DNA from: Naegleria gruberi
Lineage: Eukaryota
NCBI GenBank assembly: GCA_000004985.1
Contig: GG738861.1
Length of the DNA stretch: 64,000 nucleotides
Strand: one strand, 5' to 3'
Shown here: piece by piece, positions 21,353 through 31,861 of the stretch
Numbering within the stretch: the stretch's first letter is position 1
Layout of the letters: every line of letters begins with the position of its first letter
Notes under the pieces: generated by a model
Seen by the model: only the letters and a program-made list of their open reading frames with translations
The model's database searches: none
What the model was told of the DNA's origin: nothing
Translations under genes and position numbers: made by a program

Positions 21353-22456
21353 TTAAAATCCTTCTGCTAGAGGATCATCATCGTCATCAAAGTCATCGTC
21401 CATATTCATTGAGGACATGGATTTCTTCTTGTCATTCTCCTCTGTCTCTTCCAATAATTTTAGCTTGTTCACATTAGGACTAGCTCCAGGGTGGAGTGGA
21501 TTCTCCTCGTAATAGTGAGATAGTAAATGAGTTGGGGTTTCACTTGGATGTTTTGGAGGTAAATCTTCACTCACTTGAAGTTCATACTTTTCCACATTTT
21601 CTTGAGAAAATTCCTTATATTTGGATCTGTCAGCTTTGGTTGCCAGGTAGTGATCCGATTTCAAGTGGTGACACTCTCTGCAAAGCTCTGTTTCAGGATT
21701 CACAATTTTTGGATTGTAAACATACAGCTCACTACCCTCCTCTCCAACAGGCCAAGATTGAAAGAGTTGACATGCACAACTACTCACGGAACAAGCACCT
21801 CGATATGGATCACAATCAATTTCTGGAACAAATCTTTCAGGTTCTCTCCAACCTGGATGCCAATTCAGATTATATCTCGATAAATCATTCCCAAATAGAG
21901 CCAATTTTTCTGGGAATGCCTTGGAAATTTTCATTTTAGCCTCAACAGCTTGATCTAGAAGAATTAATAATTTTCTCTTCTTTTCCTCAAACTCTTCTTT
22001 TGTTTCTGTTTGGTCAACTCTATCATTTGAGAGCAATTCCAATAAACTGTCTTGTTCCTCATCATCTTTTTCAGATGAAGGATTAACTTGCTGATGATTC
22101 TTTGGAATTAAAATTGGATTAAATTCAGAATGTTGATGATTGGAATTTGTAAAATTATTTTCTTGTTCCTTTTTGAAGAAGAATTGATTATTGAGTGAAG
22201 ATTGAATTTCTGGTTTTCTCTCATTATTTTTCAATCCTCCTCTATTTAAATCATTTCCGAAATACCAATCTAAATTGTTGGATCGATAATTTCGATTCTC
22301 GCTCCTATTAATTGTATTGTTGGATTGATGAGTGACCACCCGTTGAGTATGATTCAAACAGGTTTGAAGTGGTATTGAAAATACATGTCTAGCCAACACT
22401 CCAAGTCTCCTCCCAGTAACACTTTGATTCAACGCTTCCTTGTTGCTGTTATTCAT
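21353..22456 (-). CDS. Hypothetical protein with a Cys/His-rich module and an acidic C-terminus
   Basis: 367-aa ATG ORF. The central region 'CDPYRGACSVSSCACQ...CRECHHLKSDH' suggests a zinc-binding module. The N-terminus is N/Q-rich low complexity and the tail is poly-Asp. No confident family. Confidence 0.35.
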   Translation of the reverse strand: MNNSNKEALNQSVTGRRLGVLARHVFSIPLQTCLNHTQRVVTHQSNNTINRSENRNYRSNNLDWYFGNDLNRGGLKNNERKPEIQSSLNNQFFFKKEQENNFTNSNHQHSEFNPILIPKNHQQVNPSSEKDDEEQDSLLELLSNDRVDQTETKEEFEEKKRKLLILLDQAVEAKMKISKAFPEKLALFGNDLSRYNLNWHPGWREPERFVPEIDCDPYRGACSVSSCACQLFQSWPVGEEGSELYVYNPKIVNPETELCRECHHLKSDHYLATKADRSKYKEFSQENVEKYELQVSEDLPPKHPSETPTHLLSHYYEENPLHPGASPNVNKLKLLEETEENDKKKSMSSMNMDDDFDDDDDPLAEGF

Positions 22457-22672
22457 TGATAAAGCCTTTAATTTGATGAAGAAATATTTTTAAAACATTT
22501 TTTTGATTTCTTTTAACGATGAGAGTAAGATTAAATATCATAATATAATATTATACCATCCGATTCACTAATAATACAATCATCATTTCAAATCCAATAA
22601 GAAAGAGAACAATAGAGAAGAAATATTAAATTTTAAATTAAATTTAAAAATAATGTTGGAAAAATAAAAAAA

Positions 22673-23169
22673 ATGCCTTTGGATTTCAAGTTTGAAATTG
22701 GTAACCCATTCTTGTTGGGTAATGCCATCGGTTTCTTGGGTTATGCTGGTGCTTGTAAACTTCAACGTGTTCACTTCGTCAGAAGTAAGTAGGATAGTGA
22801 TAAATATGATAGAAGGATTTTGTTGTTGCAAAAACGTTATTACGGAACATTTTGACTGGATTTAATTGTTAATGATAATTTTATGAATATATCGGATGAT
22901 GACAATGATCTTTAAATAATTATTGTTAATATTATTATTAATTTAACTAAATAGGACCTTGGCACTTGATTACCACCATGTTGCTCACTGGTACTGGTTT
23001 CCAAGCTTATAGTGGAGCTCATGAAAGTTTCACTGATGATTTGGTCAGAAAGAGAAGACTGTACGTTCAAAGAAGAAGAAAGAGATTCAACTCCTCCGAT
23101 GATGTTGCTGACAGAGTCAATGATGACAAGGACTTGTACAAAAACATTTCAAAGGATTTGGCTCAATAA
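22673..23169 (+). CDS. MICOS10: MICOS complex subunit Mic10-like small mitochondrial membrane protein; 2 exons (22673..22784 and 22955..23169), intron 22785..22954
   Basis: The ATG exon ends at a GTAAGT donor (phase 1). A TAAATAG acceptor joins it to the ORF 22966..23169. The spliced 108-aa product 'MPLDFKFEIGNPFLLGNAIGFLGYAGACKLQRVHFVRRPWHLITTMLLTGTGFQAYSGAHESF...' parallels Mic10/MINOS1 ('KIGTGFGLGIVFSLTFFKRRMWPLAFGSGMGLGMAYSNCQHDF'), with two Gly-rich TM segments. Confidence 0.5.
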
Positions 23170-23615
23170 GTGGACCATTACTATAGTAACATTTTAATTA
23201 TTTACGATTTTCATAAACAATAAAAAAACCAAATATTTAAAATTGGGAAATTATCGAGAATTAAAACACTATATTAATAATTTAATTCTTTTTATGGAAT
23301 TTTGATAAAGTGATTTTTCATTCTAACCATTCATCTTCATCATGTACGTGTATAATAATTATTTAAAACTTGAATATTATTATTCTGTATTATAATCTTC
23401 AATAATACGTCATTATAAATATTCGTAATTCCTCTTGATATTATTCATCATAACTGAACTGCATCCAAGAAAGTACTCTGTTGTGTGATGATGTGTTGAG
23501 CCACAATGCTGATGGAATTACTTTTGCTGAGCAAGGCAGCAAGACGTGTCACTTAAAAATGCCTTCTAACTTTTGTAAACGCACCTTGCCAAGCTAAAAT
23601 CATTCACAAAAAAAA

Positions 23616-23825
23616 ATGGATCTTGTTGACGAAGTTGCCCAACCAGCCGGTGAATTCTACCGTGCTTCTAAGAGATTTATTACTATTTGCAAGAAGCCAG
23701 ATTCAAAGGAATTTTCAAAGATTGCCTTTGCTACTGCTATTGGATTTTTGATTATGGGATTCATCGGATTCTTTGTGAAACTTATCCACATCCCAATCAA
23801 CAACATCATCATCGGTAACCAATAA
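23616..23825 (+). CDS. SEC61G: Sec61 translocon gamma subunit (Sss1/SecE family)
   Basis: 69 aa. '[49 protein letters not shown]' is near-identical to eukaryotic Sec61-gamma. Confidence 0.9.
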   Translation: MDLVDEVAQPAGEFYRASKRFITICKKPDSKEFSKIAFATAIGFLIMGFIGFFVKLIHIPINNIIIGNQ

Positions 23826-24311
23826 TTTCCTTTTTCTCCTTTATATTTGTAGAACACACAATCCCTAAACTTTTTGTATATTCACTTCCTCCCCTCGCTA
23901 ACCAATAAAAGCGTAAAAAATTAAAAAATTATTAAAAAATTTTCATCATTAATTTTTTGCCGATCGCTTGGGAGGAAAGATTTTTCAAGTTTTCATCAGT
24001 TTAAAGCTGACTGATTTTGAATGCCAACAAATTGAATTGTGATCATGAAAGGTCATTCTTCTCATCGATAACTGTCTATTAGTGGTACCGTGACTCTCAA
24101 AATTGCAACGATATCAACAATGAGACACTGCTACCCACAAGTATACCGTGAAATAAGATGATATTGGAAATTCAATAGCAGCCTTACTATTTTCCAAACT
24201 CCAAAATTCCCCAAATAAGGCCAGCTTCTAGACTCTGTCCACTCACACAAACTTATTAATACATAAATTTTACACAAAGCAGTCCGTTTAAATTAAACTG
24301 TCAGCAAAAAA

Positions 24312-24839
24312 ATGGTCAGAGCATTCTACATCGACAATCCTGAAAGATCAGTTACTTTGGAGGAATTGGAACAATCGGTGGGTGTATTGTACACTTTCAT
24401 TGATAACAAGGACTATGAAACTCGTATTCAAGAAATCTGCAAGGAAAGAGGATACGGCCATCGTTCAATGGTCTACTTGTACAAGGAAAAGATGCCAAAC
24501 ATTGATGAAATGCTTCCTAAATTCTTTGATGAACATATTCATGAATTTGAAGAAATTAGATACTTTGTTGACGGATCAGGTATTTTCGATGTTAGAGACA
24601 AATCCGATGAATGGATTAGAATTCTTGTTGAAGCTGGTGATTTGCTTGTTTTACCTGCTGGTATTTATCACAGATTCACTTTGGATGATAAGAAGTATGC
24701 TATTGCTATGCGTTTATTCTTGGAATGTATGGCTGAACCTATTTGGACTCCTCTTAATCGTTCCGAACAAGGCATTGAAGAATTGCCATGCAGAAAGGAA
24801 TATGTTAATAAGTTTAACTTGATTGTAAAGGCAATTTAA
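24312..24839 (+). CDS. ADI1: Acireductone dioxygenase (1,2-dihydroxy-3-keto-5-methylthiopentene dioxygenase), methionine salvage
   Basis: 175 aa. It is collinear with ADI1/ARD: 'LGVLYTFIDNKDYE', 'EIRYFVDGSGIFDVRDKSDEWIRI', 'GDLLVLPAGIYHRFTLDDKKYAIAMRLF'. Confidence 0.9.
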   Translation: MVRAFYIDNPERSVTLEELEQSVGVLYTFIDNKDYETRIQEICKERGYGHRSMVYLYKEKMPNIDEMLPKFFDEHIHEFEEIRYFVDGSGIFDVRDKSDEWIRILVEAGDLLVLPAGIYHRFTLDDKKYAIAMRLFLECMAEPIWTPLNRSEQGIEELPCRKEYVNKFNLIVKAI

Positions 24840-24882
24840 ATGATTACATTCTTGGAAAAGCAAAAATCTTCAAATAAATTAT

Positions 24883-26018
24883 TTATTCATCTTGCATTTC
24901 ATCAACAGTTCTCTTCTTATTAACTTGTTCAGAGGAAAGTTCAGTAACTTTAACAACACCTCTGATGGCCTTTCTCATTTCTGAATGTTTCAAGGCGTGC
25001 AGAGCATTGGCTGTGATGAGAGATTTACCAACAACAAAACTCAATCCAAATAATCCAACCATATTGGCAACATCATGAGGAGATCTAATGAATGGAAGTT
25101 GATTAATATCTTGTACAATAGCTGTGCTCAACATTTTAGAACTACCATTCGAAAAGATTAATTGTTTAGCCTTAAAGTTACGAATCATGACAATGAGGAA
25201 TTGAATCCAATTGGAAATACCAAACTTTTTCAATTCATCCTTGGAATGAACAACATCTCCATAACAAAATTCCATACAAATATTTCTCCTCAAAGCTTCC
25301 TTCAGTTTGTTCTTTGATTTTCTAATAACTGTATCGAGGGTTGTATCAAATGGAGGTCTAAAGCTCAAAATATCAATATTAGATTTTGTACAAATAGTAC
25401 TCAAATAAGAAATCATATTATCACAAGATAAGTGTTGTCCAATTTGTAAATCCAAAGCAATAATATCAATTTCTTGATAAATTTCCTCCTCAAAGTTCAT
25501 ATTCACAAGTTTCTTGTGCAAATCAGAAGAATATGTCAATCGTGTAAATACTTTAAAATCCCTTCCTCCATCTTGATTAAATAATGAACAAGTAGCATTG
25601 GACTTTTTACGAAGAGGAGCAATGAATGAAATTTTAGAATCATGCTCCAATTTATCCAATGATTCCCTCAAATATTTAACAATTATTGGAAATGTATCTT
25701 GAATGATTTGATTTTGTTGTCCGATATTTGTAGAGTCAATAGTAATATTTAAACAAACTCCTTGCCAACCCACTTTTCCCAAATAAAAGAAGAAGAAGAA
25801 TTTCAGATTATATATATTAAAAACCCCATATGCACACCACACGCGGTGATATTTGCAAATGGTGTGATTCATCATTATAAATATTATTATAATTAATAAT
25901 ACTGTGTGATGATGGAATTTTACATACAATTTCTCAGAAAACTACAACGATGAGCCAGTGACGACAAGTAACTATCCGATGTATCGGCTTTAATTGGGAA
26001 ATTGCACTCCAAGTACAT
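24883..26018 (-). CDS. RPP30: RNase P/MRP protein subunit Rpp30 (Rpp1); 2 exons (25928..26018 and 24883..25772), intron 25773..25927
   Basis: The ORF body carries 'GWQGVCLNITID' (compare 'GYSVVAINHIVD') and 'RSPHDVANMVGLFGLS' (compare 'RGPYDVANLGLLFGLSE'), both characteristic of Rpp30. The listed N-terminus is TTG-started read-through of an intron. An upstream ATG exon (MYLECNFPIKADTSDSYLSSLAHRCSFLRN) ends at a GTATGT donor and joins at an ...GGGAAAAG acceptor (phase 1), giving '...FLRN-L-GWQGVCLN'. Confidence 0.6.
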
Positions 26019-26188
26019 TTTGAATTTTTTTAATAACTTTTTTAAGAAAATTTGAAATTTTATTAAAATTGAATTAAACTTTATTGAACTCAATTGATTG
26101 GAATTATTGCTTTGGATATTTGTTGAGTAGAATGAAATCTGTTTTATTTGGAAAAATTCCTTTAAATTAATTTAGGTAACTTGTTAAA

Positions 26189-27790
26189 TTATTTCAAACT
26201 CTTGGCCTTCTTTTTAGCAATTTGGTACAAATCTTCAACTGCCTTTCTACTCTTTTGTAATAAATTATCAACATCATTTTCCAAAGTCATTCCCTTAACA
26301 CTGATTGGATCACCAACAACGATAGCACAACGACCTGGACGTGGTAATTTATGTTTCAATTCCCAAATGGTGTGACTTCCAGAGATGGCCATTGGAATAA
26401 TGTCAGCTCCAGTTTGCAAAGCCATAACAAAGGCACCCTTACGGAATTCCAAGAATTCATCTGGATTATCACTTCTTCTGCCTTCTGGGAAGAAGAATAC
26501 AGCACAATCATTATTGAGATAATTTCTCAATGTATCAAGAGCACGAGTGACACTTGACTTATCAGTGGTAGTATGTTCTGCCTTCTTGGATGTGAAAACA
26601 ATTGGAACATCTCCAATCATTGACATGAGCCAACCAGCAATTGGAATCTTGAAAATAATATGCTTGGCAACCCATTTGGCTTCAATTGGAAGTGCAGAAA
26701 TCAAAATAAATGGATCCATTCCACTTTGATGATTGCAAATGAAAATGACCTTCTTTTGTTTCTTTGGTAATCTATTCTTTGTTGATCCATTGGCATAGAA
26801 TGTTTTAATATTCCAAAATGGATTAGTTTCAACAGCCCATCTATTAAAGTAACGGAACAACCATCCCATCAAACTCTTATTCCTATCAAATCCAAACAAA
26901 ATGTGACATATATACATTGGTAATACAACAATAAAACACAAATTCCAAGCAATGAGTAATCCAATTGCAAAATAAGCTCTACAAAGCCAAGCACTAAGAG
27001 AATTGTCATCTTTTCCTGGATTATGAGCACGTTTTGTTTTGACAATAGGACTTGGTTGAGCAGTTGTGGCAATATCACTGGCAACAGTTGTTGTAGGACT
27101 TGTTGTGACACTGCTACTAGTAGAAGTGATACTAGTATTTGGTGATGGATTATTCTTGGTAGCTACAATTTCAACAGTTCCATTCACTGATTGAGTATTG
27201 GTGGATTCGGAAGATGATGACTTCTTTTTCTTCTTCTTTGAGATAGGAGTAGCAACATTTTCATTATTTGATGAGCTACTTGGAGTAACAGTTACAGTAG
27301 TAGTATTATTATTATTATTCTTAGATTGAACAGCAGTAGGAGTAGCAACAACAGGAGTAGTAGTAGTGGTTGTTGTTGTTGTATTGGCAGTGGTTGTATC
27401 AGATGATTTTTGTTTCTTCTTCTTTGAAGTATTTGATGAATCATTGGTAACAACAGTTGCATTGGAATTTACACTGGTACTAGCTACAGGCTTATTATTA
27501 ATATTATTTTGAGATGGAGTAGTAGTAATTGTTGTATTGGCATTCTTACTTGTTTGTTGTTGTTTTACATTCTTCTTAGATTCATCAACAGTACTCTTCT
27601 CTGCAACAATAGATAATTTTGATGAGACCTTTTCCGATTGTTGTTGTTGTTGTGCTGATGGTGGTGATACCTGTTTTGTTGTTGTAGTTTTCGGAACAGC
27701 AGCAGCAGAAGGCTTTGATGTAGTAGTGGTATTGGTATTACTATTTGTTGTTTGGGAAGGCTTTGAATCAGCCTTCTTCTTGGTAGCCAT
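26189..27790 (-). CDS. Lysophospholipid acyltransferase (AGPAT/LPLAT family) with a long Thr/Ser/Asn-rich N-terminal extension
   Basis: 533 aa. The C-terminal half has the acyltransferase motifs 'NHQSGMDPF' (HxxxxD) and 'FPEGRRS' (FPEGTR-like), with TM segments in between. The N-terminal roughly 250 aa are mucin-like T/S/N/K low complexity. Confidence 0.7.
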   Translation of the reverse strand: MATKKKADSKPSQTTNSNTNTTTTSKPSAAAVPKTTTTKQVSPPSAQQQQQSEKVSSKLSIVAEKSTVDESKKNVKQQQTSKNANTTITTTPSQNNINNKPVASTSVNSNATVVTNDSSNTSKKKKQKSSDTTTANTTTTTTTTTPVVATPTAVQSKNNNNNTTTVTVTPSSSSNNENVATPISKKKKKKSSSSESTNTQSVNGTVEIVATKNNPSPNTSITSTSSSVTTSPTTTVASDIATTAQPSPIVKTKRAHNPGKDDNSLSAWLCRAYFAIGLLIAWNLCFIVVLPMYICHILFGFDRNKSLMGWLFRYFNRWAVETNPFWNIKTFYANGSTKNRLPKKQKKVIFICNHQSGMDPFILISALPIEAKWVAKHIIFKIPIAGWLMSMIGDVPIVFTSKKAEHTTTDKSSVTRALDTLRNYLNNDCAVFFFPEGRRSDNPDEFLEFRKGAFVMALQTGADIIPMAISGSHTIWELKHKLPRPGRCAIVVGDPISVKGMTLENDVDNLLQKSRKAVEDLYQIAKKKAKSLK

Positions 27791-28105
27791 TTTCTTGTTG
27801 TGGTGTTCAACACTCTTTTCTTTTCTGAAGAATCTTGTTTTCTAATGCGCGCCTATGTTTGATTGTTCATGGATACCATCAAAGAAGCACGTCACCTTTG
27901 ATTATTGGCTGACATCGTTCATCATCGGAAGATTAGAAAAATTCCTTGTCATGAAGCTTCATCTCTTTTCTCTGTGGACATCAACATAATCAATTCAAAA
28001 TCTGTTTCCATGTATTAATCGGTAAATAATAACAGATGTGTATTGGAAAACCAGCAACACACGATACTGTATTCAAAACAAATATTTTAAACAACTAAAC
28101 AAGAA

Positions 28106-28177
28106 GGGACCATGGTCTAGTGGTATGATTCTCGCTTTGGGTGCGAGAGGCCGTGGGTTCGATTCCCACTGGTCCCC
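28106..28177 (+). tRNA. tRNA-Pro (anticodon UGG)
   Basis: 72-nt cloverleaf: acceptor GGGACCA/TGGTCCC, anticodon stem TCGCT/CGAGA, loop TTGGGTG (anticodon TGG), T-arm GTGGG-TTCGATT-CCCAC, discriminator C, no encoded CCA. Near-identical in architecture to eukaryotic cytosolic tRNA-Pro. A downstream T-run could terminate Pol III. Confidence 0.9.
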
Positions 28178-28505
28178 TTTCATTTTAAATTATCTCTGTA
28201 AACAGTATTTTGTTATTTTGTTTACCTTTTGCCTTCTCCTGCCTCAGATCTGATGGATAATCTTTAATTTTGATTTGTTTATTATTCTGATTAAGATAGA
28301 TGGATCACGTTTGTTATAAATATTTCGTGAATTCTCATGTCAAAATTCTCACGTTCGATAGTTTCTTCTTCTCGAACGTGATCTCTTTTTATAAATAATT
28401 TATTATTAGCCAATCTAATATGTGAATTCATATCTGAAACTTATTTAATCTCGAAAGCTTAACAAACCACCATTTACAAGTTAAAAAACAATACACAACT
28501 CGATC

Positions 28506-29422
28506 ATGTCTAAACAACTCATTCACGGCAACTATCCTGTCAATGGCATGCAAATGTCTTTCAATAAGAATTACTCTCTTATTTGTGCCTTTTTCATTCA
28601 ATTCATTCCACTCTTCGTCTTGCATTTCCTTTTCAAACACCAATACCATCTTGCTCTTCAAGTCATTGTCATTCCAATAGTGTATCTTGTATGTGGAGGC
28701 AGATGGACACTCAACTATCATAATCTTCTCCATCAATTGAGCGGGTTAAATCCAATATTGGATATTTTCTTGGGGGTTGGTTTTGGCCACTTGTTATCTT
28801 TTGGTCCAGGTATGTTATTTCACAATCAATTAATATGTTTAACCAATCAATACCAGGAAAGAAAGGACATGATAGTCATCACAGAATCAATTATGGAGAA
28901 AATGACAAGAGAATTTCATTAGAGAATATTGAAGATTTAAGCGAATCAGATATCGAATACCGATTGAACGAAATCTTGGCCAAAGATGCTGACTTTTGGT
29001 GTAAGAGTTCATTGAATCGTTGGACTCTCTTCTTGAGAAGTTCCCAATTCGAAATGAATTATATTCAATTCTACTTGAAGAATGTTGAGAATGCCAAACA
29101 AAAACTATTCCCAATTTACATGACAAGATTGGCTCTCCTTCTTTTGCCTTACCTCTTCTTGAATCCAATTCTGTACAGCATACATTTGGTCCTATGTCGC
29201 TTGGTTATGGCTTTAATTTTTATGGTCTTTACTACATTGTCACACGAGAAGGGTTGGTTTGATGGTTTTGTGGCCAAATTTTATCCTTTCCAAAAGTGGT
29301 TAGATGTGAATGTCTTTTTAGAGTTGTTGATTGGATATCATGTGCATCATGTTAATGAGCACGATAATCATCATACTTATCCTAAAAGAGATGTCAGTAT
29401 CTTGGCAAACATGTTTGAATAA
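28506..29422 (+). CDS. Multi-pass membrane protein with His-box motifs (fatty-acid desaturase/hydroxylase-like or Kua/TMEM189-like); 2 exons (28506..28809 and 28857..29422), intron 28810..28856
   Basis: Two overlapping plus-strand ORFs in different frames are reconciled by a 47-nt intron (GTATGT...ATACCAG). The spliced product reads '...GFGHLLSFGP-G-KKGHDSHHRINYGEN...' and ends with 'GYHVHHVNEHDNHH', a HxxHH-type histidine box. It has several TM helices. Family assignment is uncertain. Confidence 0.4.
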
Positions 29423-29477
29423 TTTCACTCAATCAATATAATAATCAATCAGTTCAATAAATTTTGTTCCAAATTTA

Positions 29478-30386
29478 CTAATTTCCATAAGTCTTTTCCA
29501 TCTTGTACATTTCAATAAATTTCCTTACATCCTTAGCTGGTGTTTCTTGAAGTTTGAGGAAAAATTCATGATCTGGATATATTTCTCCCCCCAATCGTTC
29601 AAATGATTCACGATAGATTCTTCTCCACAATAGAGTTGTCATGGATACATCGGCATGAGCTCTATGGGCATTAATAGACCTACCCAAACCAAGGTTTTCT
29701 ACCAAGTTACCCAACTTGTAATCTGGTTGACCTTGAAATAATCTTCTTGCAAGCTTTAGGGTACAGAGTGTGTTTGTAAAGAGTGAATGTGATATAAAGT
29801 CGTCAGGTTTGTGAACTTCATTATTGATAATCTTATATCTCACAAATTCATTGTAAATCACACTAGCATCAAATCTAACATTATGCCCAACTACAAGGGA
29901 TGGTTGTGAACTCAAAAAATTATATAATTGTGAAAGAACTATTTGGGGAGGAGGTGAAAGGTCAATCATGGCTTTTGTAATCTTTGTAATTTCTTGAACT
30001 GGTTCTGGTATATAATCGATATCAGCATTAACCAAACTGGTAAATGAACTGATTGATGTACCATCGACAATTCTTGCACAAGCAACTTCAATCATTCTGC
30101 AATAACTGGTATTGGTTGATGTACCTTCAATATCCAAAACTACAACATTATATCTGGGAGAAAACAATGGAGTGGTGGAAGTACTCGACGACGACGTCGA
30201 ATAATTATTCATCATCATTACATTAAATCCAATCTTTCCGAAACTGTGTTGATTCATCATTGATTTGTTCTTCAACCCTCCTCCAAGGATAATTGAATAA
30301 AGACTCCTCTTGTTACCACTCATCATGATTGTTTGTGGTGAAGAAGATTTTACAGCACAATTCAATCCATTTGCTAATTTTCTCAT
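29478..30386 (-). CDS. DEDDh-type 3'-5' exonuclease (DnaQ/epsilon-like) with a presequence-like N-terminus
   Basis: 302 aa. The Exo I/II/III motifs are 'VVVLDIEGTS', 'LVVGHNVRFDASVI' and 'HRAHADVSMT' (H-x4-D). The N-terminal approximately 90 aa are basic/Ser-rich, suggesting possible organellar targeting. Confidence 0.55.
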   Translation of the reverse strand: MRKLANGLNCAVKSSSPQTIMMSGNKRSLYSIILGGGLKNKSMMNQHSFGKIGFNVMMMNNYSTSSSSTSTTPLFSPRYNVVVLDIEGTSTNTSYCRMIEVACARIVDGTSISSFTSLVNADIDYIPEPVQEITKITKAMIDLSPPPQIVLSQLYNFLSSQPSLVVGHNVRFDASVIYNEFVRYKIINNEVHKPDDFISHSLFTNTLCTLKLARRLFQGQPDYKLGNLVENLGLGRSINAHRAHADVSMTTLLWRRIYRESFERLGGEIYPDHEFFLKLQETPAKDVRKFIEMYKMEKTYGN

Positions 30387-30986
30387 TTTTTTAGATTTGA
30401 AAAAGGCGCCAAATTATTATCCAACACAATTTTTCAATCATTATTAACCAAAGATTTTAGTAAATGTGTAATAGTATCAAAATAACATTTTAATGGATTT
30501 TCTAAGCAAATATCGGCAATCTTCAAAAGTGGTCTGCATTTGGGTAGAGACAAACTTTTTATGCCAGACCTCAATTATTCAAGTTAATGAAACGTTAAAA
30601 ATCAACAGTTTAATCCTTCATGTTGTAACCAAAATGACCATAAGCATGCTTTGATATCCTCATTCCTTTGAAAGTCAAATAAATACACACCTCATCACAC
30701 TCCCGATATTTTGAGCAATTCGTTGACTAATCGAATCCACAGCTCGACAGACAACTTTAAAAAAAAGCATAAAATCTCAAAGCGTGTGCTGTTACAGTAG
30801 AGTTTGATATTTATAACAACATTCATAAACGTGAGAGGAGCAAGTACGGGAGTGTGTGGAAAAAGAATAATTTGGAAAGGGGAAGACAATTTTCAAAATT
30901 AGTGAAGAATTTGATAGTTAGTTAGGAGGATTTTTATATAATATATAGTAAATAGTGTGATTTACAAACAGCAAGACATATAAATA

Positions 30987-31861
30987 ATGGGTAATTGTGG
31001 TTCAAAGAGGGAAACACCCACAACAACATCAGGATCCGATAATAATATGATTGTTATTGGAGGTGGAGGGACAGAAAAGGCTGAAGCCTATGCTCAATTG
31101 GATAATGAAAATGAATTATTCTTTAAATTATTATTATTGGTAGGTTGAAAGTTAGAATAGTGTCGGAAATGCTAATCACGATTCATAATCATGATTTAAT
31201 TTTATTATTAATTGAATGAATTGATTGGATATTAAATTTTGATAGGGTGATAGTGGTGTAGGAAAATCGACGATTTTATCAATGTTCAGTGATCAAAAGT
31301 TTAATCCAAGTCACATTTCTACAGTTGGTGTAGATTTTAAAACTGTTCATTTGAATGTTTCTGGAAAGACAGTGCAACTCCAAGTGGTAAGTTTTCAATT
31401 CATTATCTAGTTGCATTTACAGTTGATAATAGTGGGATACTGCAGGTAGGTTTTCATAATTTAAAGAATTTGAATCTAGATATTTTGTAATTTCAATCAA
31501 ATATCATTTTATTACTTGAATTTTATGAAATTTAGGTCAAGAGCGATACAGATCCATCATAACTGCCTACTATAGAGGTGCTCATGGTATATTACTTACA
31601 TTTGATTTAACGAGACGAGAATCATATGATAATATAAGGCGTTGGTTACAAGATGTTCATAAACATGCACATCAACATACCAAGACAGTTCTTGTTGGAA
31701 ATAAGAAGGATGTGGAACATATGAGAAATGTAACGAGAGAGGAAGCAGAAGAATTAGCCACCGAATTAGGTGTTAGATATTTCGAGGTCAGCGCCAAAGG
31801 AAACGATGGTATAAAGGAAGTATTCGAGGATATTGCCCAACAATTAATTGACTCACAATAA
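30987..31861 (+). CDS. Rab-family small GTPase with an N-terminal MGxC dual-acylation motif and no C-terminal prenylation Cys; 4 exons (30987..31139, 31246..31386, 31433..31445, 31536..31861)
   Basis: Exon 1 encodes MGNCGSK... ending FKLLLL (donor GTAGGT). Exon 2 encodes the P-loop GDSGVGKST and the effector TVGVDFKT (donor GTAAGT). A 13-nt micro-exon TGGGATACTGCAG sits between an AATAG acceptor and a GTAGGT donor and encodes W-D-T-A plus the first base of the next G. Exon 4 continues [25 protein letters not shown]...GNKKD...SAK and stops at DSQ*. Every junction keeps the frame and reproduces the canonical Rab motifs. No ORF of at least 60 aa exists here, so ORF-based calling misses it. Confidence 0.7.

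Noticed and set aside
23980-24070. Possible C/D-box snoRNA in the Sec61-gamma/ADI1 spacer (TGATCATGA ... CTGA-like elements)
   Set aside because: The boxes are imperfect (GTGATCATGA rather than RUGAUGA). I could not identify a guide complementarity or a terminal stem, so the call is too weak.
28428-28736. 102-aa minus-strand ORF overlapping the His-box membrane protein gene
   Set aside because: The plus-strand model is supported by an exact in-frame GTATGT...CAG intron joining two ORFs plus a C-terminal His box. The antisense ORF has no comparable support. Only strand-specific RNA data would settle it.
31423-31445. Alternative 23-nt exon in the Rab-like gene using the upstream TTACAG acceptor
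   Set aside because: That acceptor puts TTGATAATAG... in frame and shifts the downstream exon out of frame, giving a stop within 15 codons. Only the AATAG acceptor at 31432 (13-nt exon) yields the canonical WDTAGQERYRS.
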